From: an uncultured Bacteroidota bacterium
GTDB lineage: Bacteria > Bacteroidota > Bacteroidia > UKL13-3
Assembly: GCA_903888395.1 (NCBI GenBank)
Contig: CAISTO010000076.1
Coordinates: 1-33,647 of the forward strand
Direction: 5' to 3'
Length of the DNA stretch: 33,647 nucleotides
Shown in pieces: positions 17,804 to 26,621 of this stretch. The notes under the pieces were generated by a model. That model searched no databases, was not told the origin of the DNA, and saw nothing but the letters and a program-made list of their open reading frames with translations. Position numbers and translations under genes: made by a program. Positions within the stretch are counted from its first letter, which is position 1. The number at the start of each line of letters is the position of its first letter.

Positions 17804-19684
17804 CTAGTTATACATTCTCCAACGAATGCCTAACCTAAAAGTAGTTAAAGCCAATGGATTTCCGGGTGTACTATAAAATCCTTTAGATGCAACCCAATCT
17901 TGGTTCAAATGTTCGTACGATGCAAAAATAACTGCATGGCGTATTTCACCACAAACAAAAACATTGATTAATGGATAATTTCCTATGAGTTTTTTGTCTT
18001 GTAAATAAAACCCTCTTGTAGCGGGATTATATGCTTGCGCATAAAAATCGGTATTGTAAAACACATCAACTCCCAACTGTAAATTCAATGCTTTTTGAAA
18101 CATCATTTGTTGGAAATAATAACGCATAATGGCTCCAACTTCTGGCAATCGAATATAGTTTTCTGAAGCTTTTTGATAAATGATTCTGTTATCAAAATAA
18201 AACTTCCAAAGTTGAAAGGTTTTTTGAACTTCAATTGTATTTACCAGAGCAATATCATTGTTTTGAATTGGCGTAGCTTCTTTTCCAAAATACACCCAAT
18301 TTGCCAAAATATTTTGGTTAAATGTAAACTTAAAATTATGCTTAAACACGCGTGTTTGTAGCGAGCCATGAATGTTTGAAATGTTAATTTTATTGAAATT
18401 ACTGTTATCCCAATTAAATTGAGTGCTGTTAAAGTAAGTAAAAGTAAAATCGGGTGTATATAAATGGTTAAATATACCACCACTCAAGTTAAACCAAGGC
18501 GTTTTATAACCAATATCACCACTTAATTTTATATCGTTTTGATTATAACCTAATGGCGAATAGGCACCATGTGCTTTGAACGAAAAGCCATAATTTTTAT
18601 AAACTTCTCGTTCTATGGTACCCTCAAAAACTACATTGTTATAAGTTCGTTTATTGGTTTGTAAATCAGTATTTAAAAATTGATGCGTAGCAGCAAATTC
18701 CACAAAACGCATTTCATTTTTTCTGTCGGTATTATAAAGTGTGTAGGCAAATTTATTGGTAAAAGTTTGAGAAGTTACGGAATCGTTAAATGCTTTTATT
18801 AAACCATTTGGAAAAATGTTAAGGTTCGAATCGTTGGTAACTCTTAAATAATATACTTCATCTTCGGCTTTTAAAGTATGGCTAAAATGACCATAACTTA
18901 TAAAGTTTTCGGTGGTATCGTCCTTGTTAAATTGTGTAGTTGATTTGCCATAATAAAAATATTGTTTTATATAAAAACTTCTATTTCTAAAACCATTTTC
19001 GGTAGTATTTAAATTTACATTTCCAGTTTTTCTTCCACCTGATAATGATTCAAACGATGAATCTTTACTAAGTCCGCCACTTTCCTCGTTGTAACCTAAG
19101 TTCCAAGTTAAATTGGCTAACAAGGCATATTTTCCTGTTTTGGATTGGTAATAAGTAAAAGCTTGGGTAAAATATTCACTGTTTTTTTGTCGAACAAAAT
19201 TACCCTTAGAAGTTAGCCTAAAATAATCAACGCCAAACATCCAACGTGGCGTAATATTAATGGCTAATTTGGTTTTTAAATAAATCATATCAACACCACC
19301 TTGCGTAAAATTGATGTCTGTAATGGGTTGTTTTGAATTATAATATACTCTTTCCTCAGGTTTATAAAAATAAGCACTCCATGGATTTTGTGTAAATTTA
19401 AAACCCAAACTTTTGTTGTAATCAAAAATTAAAGATTGACCGGCAGAACCAATATTCCCCATATCTTGAAACAAACCATATTTGGAATACATGGGATGAA
19501 ACAATTCATTTTTAGTAATGCTGGTATCTAAAGGCAACCATTTTTCATTTCTGTCTATTTGTTTTTCAGTAATGGTATAAGTAATTATTTTACTTTTAAA
19601 AATATTGGTATCTATTTGTGCACTTGCACTTTGATGCAAGCTAAAACATAAAAGGAGGAGTATAAATTTATAAAATTTTTTCAT
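17804..19684 (-). CDS. Putative porin / large outer-membrane beta-barrel protein
   Basis: 626-aa ORF with a signal peptide ending SASAQ and Tyr/Phe/Asn/Gly-rich alternating strand pattern throughout. Confidence 0.65.
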   Translation of the reverse strand: MKKFYKFILLLLCFSLHQSASAQIDTNIFKSKIITYTITEKQIDRNEKWLPLDTSITKNELFHPMYSKYGLFQDMGNIGSAGQSLIFDYNKSLGFKFTQNPWSAYFYKPEERVYYNSKQPITDINFTQGGVDMIYLKTKLAINITPRWMFGVDYFRLTSKGNFVRQKNSEYFTQAFTYYQSKTGKYALLANLTWNLGYNEESGGLSKDSSFESLSGGRKTGNVNLNTTENGFRNRSFYIKQYFYYGKSTTQFNKDDTTENFISYGHFSHTLKAEDEVYYLRVTNDSNLNIFPNGLIKAFNDSVTSQTFTNKFAYTLYNTDRKNEMRFVEFAATHQFLNTDLQTNKRTYNNVVFEGTIEREVYKNYGFSFKAHGAYSPLGYNQNDIKLSGDIGYKTPWFNLSGGIFNHLYTPDFTFTYFNSTQFNWDNSNFNKINISNIHGSLQTRVFKHNFKFTFNQNILANWVYFGKEATPIQNNDIALVNTIEVQKTFQLWKFYFDNRIIYQKASENYIRLPEVGAIMRYYFQQMMFQKALNLQLGVDVFYNTDFYAQAYNPATRGFYLQDKKLIGNYPLINVFVCGEIRHAVIFASYEHLNQDWVASKGFYSTPGNPLALTTFRLGIRWRMYN

Positions 19685-19810
19685 TCTTTTTTATTATTTT
19701 GGTAAATAAAATTACCTTTTTCAATTTGATTGGCTAGCCAAAATGATACCAATTATTTGAAGTTGCGAATTAACTTTTTTTATTTGGAAATTTCTTTCAC
19801 AAAGTTAAGT

Positions 19811-19818
19811 TACTTTTG
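19811..19818 (+). promoter_or_regulatory. Candidate -7 promoter box (TACTTTTG) for the DEAD-box helicase gene
   Basis: Exact TAnnTTTG match 35 nt upstream of ATG 19853. Confidence 0.45.
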
Positions 19819-19852
19819 CACTACAATTTTTTTAAATTGCAAAGCAACATTT

Positions 19853-21091
19853 ATGAAGTTTGAAGAGTATAATATATCGCCCGAAATAAAGAAAAGTATC
19901 GCAGAATTGGGGTTTAGGCGTCCTACTGATATTCAGTTTAAAGCCATTGGTCCCATTTTAAAAGGTGAAGATGTAATGGCGGTAGCACAAACGGGAACAG
20001 GAAAAACAGCTGCATTTGCCATTCCTATTCTTCATTTATTACAACAAAGAAAAAAGAAAGGTACTTATATTAAATGTTTAGTTTTATTACCAACACGCGA
20101 GTTAGCGGTTCAAATTACTGAGGTTTTTAAAGCCATTTCAAAATATACCGATTTAAAAATAGTTTGTTTAATGGGTGGAGTTGGGCAAGACGATCAAATT
20201 TTTGATTTAACAGTTGGTGCCGATGTGGTGATTGCCACTCCAGGCCGTATGTTCGACTTACAAAGTCAAGGTTATATTGAATTAGATAGATTAGAAATGT
20301 TGGTACTTGATGAGGCTGATAAAATGCTTGATAAAGGATTTAACAAAGACATTCACGATATTATTAAACGCATTCCAAGGGTTCATCAAACATTGTTTTT
20401 TTCGGCTACTTTAAATCGTCAAATAAAAACTTTGGCTTATTCAGTAGTTGCAAATCCAATTAGAATTCAAATTTCACCTAAAAATCCTGTTTCTAAAAAT
20501 GTAAGTCATGCGTTGGCATATGTAGAAATGGACGATAAACGTTTTTTCTTGGAACGCTTAATCAAAGAAGCACCTGAAAGTAAAATATTAGTTTTTGTAA
20601 GAACAAAAGTTCGTGCGGAACGCGTATTTACTGCTATGCAAAGAGTTGGCATTGTAACGCTTACTATGCATGGCGATAAGGAGCAAGAAGATCGATTAGC
20701 GGTAATGAATGATTTTAAATTAGGAAATGTAAAAGTTTTAATTGCTACTGATTTAAGTGCTAGGGGAATTGATATTGAAAATGTAGATTATGTAATTAAC
20801 TACGATTTACCAGATTTGCCTGAAAATTATGTTCACCGAGTTGGAAGAACTGGTAGGGGAGTGAAATCAGGAAAAGCAGTTTCGTTTTGTAGTGAAGAAG
20901 AAAAGAAAATACTAAAAGACATTGAAACATTTTTGGGAAATGAAATTAATTTATTGGAAGTAGATAAAGCAACATACTTGGAAACGCTTGATTTTAGTGA
21001 CGATGGAAATAAAAACTGGAAAGCATTATTAAAAGATAATGCACAATTTACTCAAAAAAAAGAAGTAAAAAAGAAACAGAAAAGGTTTTAG
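19853..21091 (+). CDS. DEAD-box ATP-dependent RNA helicase (RhlE-like)
   Basis: Motifs AQTGTGKT, DEAD (VLDEADKM), SAT and HRVGRTGR, with a Lys-rich C-terminal tail. Start moved to MKFEEYNISPEIKK. Confidence 0.93.
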   Translation: MKFEEYNISPEIKKSIAELGFRRPTDIQFKAIGPILKGEDVMAVAQTGTGKTAAFAIPILHLLQQRKKKGTYIKCLVLLPTRELAVQITEVFKAISKYTDLKIVCLMGGVGQDDQIFDLTVGADVVIATPGRMFDLQSQGYIELDRLEMLVLDEADKMLDKGFNKDIHDIIKRIPRVHQTLFFSATLNRQIKTLAYSVVANPIRIQISPKNPVSKNVSHALAYVEMDDKRFFLERLIKEAPESKILVFVRTKVRAERVFTAMQRVGIVTLTMHGDKEQEDRLAVMNDFKLGNVKVLIATDLSARGIDIENVDYVINYDLPDLPENYVHRVGRTGRGVKSGKAVSFCSEEEKKILKDIETFLGNEINLLEVDKATYLETLDFSDDGNKNWKALLKDNAQFTQKKEVKKKQKRF

Positions 21092-21138
21092 AAAAGTAAA
21101 AGTTTTCTGACAAAAGACTATATAAAGATTGTTTCAGT

Positions 21139-21146
21139 TATGTTTG
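21139..21146 (+). promoter_or_regulatory. Candidate -7 promoter box (TATGTTTG)
   Basis: Exact TAnnTTTG match 49 nt upstream of ATG 21195. Confidence 0.4.
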
Positions 21147-21194
21147 AATTAAACAATATACATGTTTGCAATCAGTTAACATTAATAAAATACA

Positions 21195-22031
21195 ATGAAA
21201 AAAATAATTTTTACAGCATTAATCATTACATCAGGATTCATTTTGTTAGAATCTTTTGGACCAAAAGGTTTAGGTAAAAAAGATGGCACAGAACCTGGTT
21301 ATACAGGCTCTCCTGGAGATTCTTTGAAAAATTGCACAGCTTGTCATGGAGGAAAAGCATACAACGAAATTGGTTGGATAAAATCGAATATTCCTACAAA
21401 TGGATATGTTCCTGGTGCTACATACAGAATAGAAGCAATAGGATATGGAGTTACACATAACAGGTTTGGTTTTTTGATTTCGCCACAGGCAATCAATGGG
21501 AATTTATTAGGAACTTTAGAGTTAATCGATACGGTGAAGACTAAATTAGTTGGTAACAATAAATACATCACTTATACAGCAAAAGGAGTGGATGGTATAG
21601 ATTCATTGGCTTGGTATTTTAATTGGATTGCACCTGCTGCAGGAACTGGCGATGTGGTGTTTTATGGTGGTTTTAATTCAAACCAAGATGGACACAAAGG
21701 GGGCGATATTACCCATCTTTCTACATTAAGGGTGAAAGAAACTGGAACTGCAAGTGTTTATAATTTAAACAATAATTTCAATCAAGTTATTGTTTATCCA
21801 AACCCAGTTACCGATATTTTAAATATCAATTTTGATTTGAATAATTCAACTGTTTCTAAAATAGAAATCCTTGATTTATCGGGAAAACAAGTGGCAGTTA
21901 TTGCAGATGAGAATTTAACAGGAATGGTTTCAAAACAAATCAATACAACTGAATTTAAAAGTGGAATTTACTTTGTAAAAATACAAAGCGAAAACGAAAC
22001 TATTACAAAGAAATTTATTGTAGTACATTAG
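21195..22031 (+). CDS. Secreted protein with a single CxxCH motif and a T9SS C-terminal sorting domain
   Basis: N-terminal signal, GYTGSPGDSLKNCTACHGG (CTACH at 21333-21347), C-terminal YPNPVTDILNINF ... GIYFVKIQ ... KKFIV tail. Confidence 0.75.
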   Translation: MKKIIFTALIITSGFILLESFGPKGLGKKDGTEPGYTGSPGDSLKNCTACHGGKAYNEIGWIKSNIPTNGYVPGATYRIEAIGYGVTHNRFGFLISPQAINGNLLGTLELIDTVKTKLVGNNKYITYTAKGVDGIDSLAWYFNWIAPAAGTGDVVFYGGFNSNQDGHKGGDITHLSTLRVKETGTASVYNLNNNFNQVIVYPNPVTDILNINFDLNNSTVSKIEILDLSGKQVAVIADENLTGMVSKQINTTEFKSGIYFVKIQSENETITKKFIVVH

Positions 22032-22049
22032 TTTTTTGATTTATAAAAG

Positions 22050-22157
22050 GTGCGGGAACGTCATCCTGATTCCGACAAAGCGGAAGAAGGAACTATTCAA
22101 AGTTGCTATTTTTTATTTTTGTAAAGATGCTTCGTTCCTCAGCATGACGTTCCCCAC
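22050..22157. repeat. Palindromic ~105-bp element, copy 1 (upstream of the GIY-YIG gene)
   Basis: Terminal inverted repeats gtgcgggaacgtcatcctga / tcagcatgacgttccccac; internal blocks ggaactattcaa and aaagatgcttcgttcctcagca are shared with copy 2. Confidence 0.75.
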
Positions 22158-22195
22158 TATTGTTTTTTAATTTTTAATTATAATTGTAAATGTAA

Positions 22196-22477
22196 TCATC
22201 GTATGTTTATATAACAACTAATTTAAATAAAACTGTTTTATATACTGGTGTTACTAATAATATCAAAAGACGATTGTACGAACATGAGACTGATTCAAAA
22301 ACAACTAAAAGTACTTTTGCTGGAAAGTTTAACTGTTATAATTTGATTTATTTTGAGGAGTTTTTAGACATCAATCAAGCTATTTACCGAGAGAAAGAAA
22401 TAAAAGGCTGGACGAGAAAAAAGAAAATTGACTTAATCGATTCTATCAATAAAGATTGGATTTTTTTGGAAATTTAA
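22196..22477 (+). pseudogene. GIY-YIG nuclease family protein (UPF0213/YhbQ-like), N-terminally disrupted (ATG-TAA at codons 1-2)
   Basis: The open frame from 22196 encodes SSYVYITTNLNKTVLYTGVTNNIKRRLYEHE ... YREKEIKGW. In-frame ATG 22190 is followed directly by TAA 22193. The first usable start (TTG 22274) lies after the GIY and YIG motifs. Confidence 0.7.
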
Positions 22478-22480
22478 AAT

Positions 22481-22584
22481 GTGTGGAAATGTCATCCTGA
22501 ATGAAGTGAGGGAACTATTCAATGTTTAAAATAATTCCCGCACCCTTTAAAGATGCTTCGTTCCTCAGCATGACGTTCCCGCAC
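22481..22584. repeat. Palindromic ~105-bp element, copy 2 (downstream of the GIY-YIG gene)
   Basis: gtgtggaaatgtcatcctga ... ggaactattcaa ... aaagatgcttcgttcctcagcatgacgttcccgcac, in the same orientation as copy 1. An extra partial arm lies at 22590-22606. Confidence 0.75.
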
Positions 22585-22670
22585 CAAATCTTCAGCATGA
22601 TGCATCTCGATTACAATTCTTTTTTATTATTTTACTTTCAATCTAAGTTTTTCTAAAATATTTAAAACAA

Positions 22671-22678
22671 TATCTTTG
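22671..22678 (+). promoter_or_regulatory. Candidate -7 promoter box (TATCTTTG)
   Basis: Exact TAnnTTTG match 22 nt upstream of ATG 22700. Confidence 0.4.
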
Positions 22679-22699
22679 GTAAATTAATAAGCAACAACT

Positions 22700-24097
22700 A
22701 TGAATACTTCGATACTCCATTCAACTGAACCCAATAATGCTCCTTTAAGTGTTATAGACGATGCTTTTTTTAACCATTTAAGAGCAACGGAATACAGCAG
22801 AATTGATGAAGGTAATCATACTTATTTAGATTATACTGGAGGGAATTTATATGCTAAATCGCAGGTGTTAAAGCACCAAGATTTGCTATTAAATCATGTT
22901 TTTGGAAATCCACATTCTACCAATCCAACATCAAAGCTTGCCACTAATTTAGTAGAAGAAGCAAGGGCAAAAGTGTTGGAATTTTTTAATGCTAAAGATT
23001 ATTATTGTGTGTTTACTGCCAATGCCTCGGCTGCTTTAAAAATATTGGGCGAAAGTTTTCCTTTTAATGAAAAAAGCACTTTCTTATTATTTTCCGATAA
23101 CCATAATTCAGTAAATGGCATCAGGGAGTTTTGTCACAGTAGAAAAGCAAAATCGAAATACATACCTGTTCATTATCAAAACTTAGAAATTGATGAAGAA
23201 GAATTAGTAGCTTCTATTGGTGAGGCAAACCCAGCTGAAAACAATTTACTAGCTTTCCCAGCACAGTCTAATGTTTCGGGTGTTAAACATAATCAAAAAT
23301 GGATTGCTTATGCACAAGAAAAAGGATTTGATGTATTGCTGGATGCCGCCGCATATGTGCCAACTACTCAATTAAATTTATCGCTTGTAAAGCCAAATTT
23401 TGTTTCGGCTTCATTTTATAAAATATTTGGATATCCTACTGGTTTAGGATGTTTGTTAATTAGAAAAGATTCTTTTGCTAAGCTACAAAAACCTTGGTTT
23501 GCGGGCGGAACAGTTTCATTTGTTTCGGTGGTAAATGAAATATATTATTTAGAAAATAACCACGAACGTTTTGAAGACGGAACGATTAATTATTTAGATA
23601 TTCCCGCTATAAAAATGGGTTTAGATTATATTGAATCAATTGGTTTAGAAAGAATTTCGAAACGAGTAAAAGCATTAATTGAAACATTATATAATGAGTT
23701 AATTAAACTAAAACACGACAATGGAACTCCAATTGTGAAAATGTTTGGTCCTGAAAACTTTGATCACAGAGGTGGAAATATTATTATGAATTTCTTTGAT
23801 ATAAATGGTAAAATTTATTCAGGAAATGAGTTTGAAAATTTAACTAATGCCAACATGATTTCTATTCGTTCAGGTTGTTTTTGTAACCCGGGAATTGATG
23901 AAATAAATTACTGCATTACGCACGATGAAGTAGGGAAATATTTTACTAATAAAAAAGACGAAGATTATAAAGCTTTTATTGCTCATTTAAAACAAATACG
24001 AGGCGCAATAAGGGTTTCGGTTGGAATAGCTACCACCACCAAAGATCTAGAAAAGTATATTAATTTGGTAAATTCCCTGAAGAACAAAGCCAAATAA
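22700..24097 (+). CDS. Class V-fold PLP-dependent enzyme resembling the NifS-like domain of molybdenum cofactor sulfurase (no MOSC domain)
   Basis: YLDYTGGNLY, FGNPHS, and the PLP-lysine context SFYKIFGYPTGLGCLLIRK; 465 aa. Confidence 0.75.
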   Translation: MNTSILHSTEPNNAPLSVIDDAFFNHLRATEYSRIDEGNHTYLDYTGGNLYAKSQVLKHQDLLLNHVFGNPHSTNPTSKLATNLVEEARAKVLEFFNAKDYYCVFTANASAALKILGESFPFNEKSTFLLFSDNHNSVNGIREFCHSRKAKSKYIPVHYQNLEIDEEELVASIGEANPAENNLLAFPAQSNVSGVKHNQKWIAYAQEKGFDVLLDAAAYVPTTQLNLSLVKPNFVSASFYKIFGYPTGLGCLLIRKDSFAKLQKPWFAGGTVSFVSVVNEIYYLENNHERFEDGTINYLDIPAIKMGLDYIESIGLERISKRVKALIETLYNELIKLKHDNGTPIVKMFGPENFDHRGGNIIMNFFDINGKIYSGNEFENLTNANMISIRSGCFCNPGIDEINYCITHDEVGKYFTNKKDEDYKAFIAHLKQIRGAIRVSVGIATTTKDLEKYINLVNSLKNKAK

Positions 24098-24103
24098 TTA
24101 ATT

Positions 24104-24173
24104 TTGAATGCTGAGTTTTGAATTTTGAATTGGAATTACTTAATTAAAAATTCAACATTCAAAATCCAACATT
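24104..24173. terminator. Long imperfect hairpin between convergent genes (bidirectional terminator candidate)
   Basis: Left arm ttgaatgctgagttttgaattttgaatt (24104-24131) pairs with aattcaacattcaaaatccaacatt (24149-24173) at about 21 of 25 positions. Confidence 0.55.
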
Positions 24174-24959
24174 TTATTTGCCTTTATTAAAACCTTTCAT
24201 TACACCACGTTCAGAAGTTTGAATAAATTCCAATATTTCATCACGTAATGGCGAAGGTTTAATGGCATCTTCCACCTGAGCTATGCCTTTACTTACATTG
24301 TTATTATGAATAAATATTACTCTATAAGTATCTTGAATTGTATTTACTTCATCTTGCGAATAGCCATTGCGTTTTAGTCCAACAGAATTTACTCCTTCAT
24401 AACTTACAGGATAACGACCTGCAATTACAAATGGTGGAATATCTTTAGTAACCATACTTCCGCCTTCTATCATTACATTTCTGCCTATTTTCACAAACTG
24501 ATGAATGGCCGAAAGTCCACCAATTCTTGCAAAATCAGCAATAGTAACATGGCCTGCCAATTGAACGCCATTGGCTATAATTACATTGTTTCCAACTATA
24601 CAATCGTGGGCCAAATGAACATATGCCATTAACAAACAGTTGCTACCTACTTCAGTTTTAAATTTATCTTTTGTACCTCTATTGATGGTAACACATTCTC
24701 TAATGGTAGTATTGTCGCCAATAATTGCAAAAGTTTCTTCGCCAACAAATTTCAAATCTTGGGGAACAGCACTGATAACAGCACCTGGAAAAATTCTGCA
24801 ATTTTTGCCAATTCGGGCACCGGGATAAATAGTAACATTAGGTCCAATTTCTGTCCCCTCACCAATTTCCACATTATCATAAATTGTGGTAAAAGCGCCA
24901 ACAACTACATTATTGCCTATTTTTGCACGGGTATCTATTTGAGCTAAATTTGATATCAT
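24174..24959 (-). CDS. lpxA: Acyl-ACP--UDP-N-acetylglucosamine O-acyltransferase
   Basis: 261-aa left-handed beta-helix hexapeptide-repeat protein, immediately downstream of lpxC/fabZ. Confidence 0.93.
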   Translation of the reverse strand: MISNLAQIDTRAKIGNNVVVGAFTTIYDNVEIGEGTEIGPNVTIYPGARIGKNCRIFPGAVISAVPQDLKFVGEETFAIIGDNTTIRECVTINRGTKDKFKTEVGSNCLLMAYVHLAHDCIVGNNVIIANGVQLAGHVTIADFARIGGLSAIHQFVKIGRNVMIEGGSMVTKDIPPFVIAGRYPVSYEGVNSVGLKRNGYSQDEVNTIQDTYRVIFIHNNNVSKGIAQVEDAIKPSPLRDEILEFIQTSERGVMKGFNKGK

Positions 24960-25004
24960 TATTAATCTTTTGGCTTCTAACTTTTTTATTAATAAAATTA
25001 AATA

Positions 25005-26390
25005 TTATTTTTTTGCAATTTGAGCCATTAATTCGGCCTCACAAACTAATCTGTCGCCTACAAAAGCTGATGCTTTCATTACACAAATTCCACGTCTTAC
25101 TGGAGCTATTAGGTCTAATCTAAATATTAATGTATCGCCAGGAACTACTTTATCCTTGAATTTGGCATTATCTATTTTCATAAAATAGGTATTGTAGTTT
25201 TCAGGATCGGGAACTTGTGAAAGCACCAAAACTCCGCCAGCTTGAGCCATTGCCTCAATAATTAAAACACCTGGCATAATTGGGTTTTCAGGAAAATGGC
25301 CAGGAAAAAATGGTTCATTGAAAGTTACATTTTTAATAGCTATCAAATGATTTTTACTCATTTCCATTACCTTATCTACAAACAAAAACGGACTGCGGTG
25401 AGGCAACATTTTTGCTATATCCTGTGTGTTATAAACAGGCACTTTGTTAGGATCGTATTTTGGAATATTTACTTGGCTACGTGTTTTTTTAATTAATGCT
25501 TTTATTTTTTTGCCAAAGGCAATATTAGCAGCATGACCAGGACGAGCAGCCATAATTTGCGCTTTAATTGGAACGCCAATCAATGCTAAATCACCAACTA
25601 AATCCAATAATTTATGTCGTGCTGGTTCGTTATGGAAACGTAAATCTACGTTGTTTAAAATACCTTCTTTCTTTACTTCTACTTTTGGCTTGTTAAACAT
25701 TTTAGCCAAATTTTCTAACTCGTCATCTTGAATTATTCTATCAACAATTACAATGGCATTATTCAAATCGCCACCACGAATTAAATTATTATTGTAAAGC
25801 ATTTCTAACTCATGTAAAAAACAAAACGTTCTACATGACGATATTTCTGATTCAAATTCTTTGATGCTAGTAATGGAAGCATGTTGACTACCCAAAACAG
25901 GAGAGTTATAATCAACCATCACCGTTAAACGATAATCGTCTAATGGCATTGCAATCATTTCTACTTGTCTATCTTCTTCGGTGTAATATATATTTGAAGG
26001 CAATGTAAAGTATTCACGTTCCGCATCTTGATCTACAATTCCAGTTTCTTTTAATGCTTTAATAAAATACTGTGAACTTCCATCCATGATTGGCGTTTCG
26101 TCTGCATTGATGTGAATTAAACAATTGTCTATTTCTAAACCAGCTAAAGAAGCCATTACATGTTCTACCGTATTTACTTTACCGCCATTTTGTTCTAAAG
26201 TAGTTCCTCTACTTAAATCGGTAACATTGTCAACATCAGCATCTATAATTGGTTTGTTGGGTAAATCAATTCTTTGAAATTTTATTCCATGATTTTCAGG
26301 TGCGGGGTTAAAAGTCATGGTAACTTCTTGGCCTGTGTGTAAACCAACACCACTTAAACTTACTGCACTCTTTATAGTTGTTTGCTTCAT
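25005..26390 (-). CDS. lpxC: Bifunctional UDP-3-O-acyl-GlcNAc deacetylase / 3-hydroxyacyl-ACP dehydratase (LpxC-FabZ fusion)
   Basis: N-terminal LpxC pattern ([16 protein letters not shown]), C-terminal FabZ pattern ([32 protein letters not shown]). This fusion is typical of Bacteroidota. Confidence 0.95.
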   Translation of the reverse strand: MKQTTIKSAVSLSGVGLHTGQEVTMTFNPAPENHGIKFQRIDLPNKPIIDADVDNVTDLSRGTTLEQNGGKVNTVEHVMASLAGLEIDNCLIHINADETPIMDGSSQYFIKALKETGIVDQDAEREYFTLPSNIYYTEEDRQVEMIAMPLDDYRLTVMVDYNSPVLGSQHASITSIKEFESEISSCRTFCFLHELEMLYNNNLIRGGDLNNAIVIVDRIIQDDELENLAKMFNKPKVEVKKEGILNNVDLRFHNEPARHKLLDLVGDLALIGVPIKAQIMAARPGHAANIAFGKKIKALIKKTRSQVNIPKYDPNKVPVYNTQDIAKMLPHRSPFLFVDKVMEMSKNHLIAIKNVTFNEPFFPGHFPENPIMPGVLIIEAMAQAGGVLVLSQVPDPENYNTYFMKIDNAKFKDKVVPGDTLIFRLDLIAPVRRGICVMKASAFVGDRLVCEAELMAQIAKK

Positions 26391-26427
26391 TATTACTTAA
26401 TAAAATAGTCGTATTAAAATTAGGTTT

Positions 26428-26435
26428 CAAATATA
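26428..26435 (-). promoter_or_regulatory. Candidate -7 promoter box (TATATTTG on the minus strand) for the lpxC-fabZ/lpxA operon
   Basis: Exact TAnnTTTG match 38 nt upstream of start 26390. Confidence 0.45.
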
Positions 26436-26621
26436 GCATTTTGGCTTGTTTGAAAAAATGTAATTTTTGGTAAATATATTAGTTTTAATTTTAAGGTATA
26501 AAAATTACAACAATATTTTACAATTGAATAAATTTTATTGGTTCATGTAACTTGACAAATTTTATAAAATGCTTATCATTGTTTTCTTAAACAAAACACA
26601 AATTAATAAGTTAAGTATTAT

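Noticed and set aside
18823-18832. ggttcgaatc, resembling a tRNA T-arm
   Set aside because: It lies inside the porin CDS and has no acceptor, D or anticodon stem complementarity around it.
19730-19741. Perfect 12-bp palindromes ttggctagccaa (19730-19741) and cttcaattgaag (12421-12432) in divergent promoter regions
   Set aside because: One or two perfect 12-bp palindromes are expected by chance in about 4 kb of AT-rich intergenic DNA. There is no second copy or flanking symmetry to support an operator.
26552-26579. Sigma-70-style TTGACA-N16-TATCAT upstream of the pirin gene
   Set aside because: The primary sigma factor in Bacteroidota uses TTTG/TAnnTTTG-type elements, and an AT-rich region easily yields such matches by chance. 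It is kept only as a note; it could serve an alternative sigma factor.
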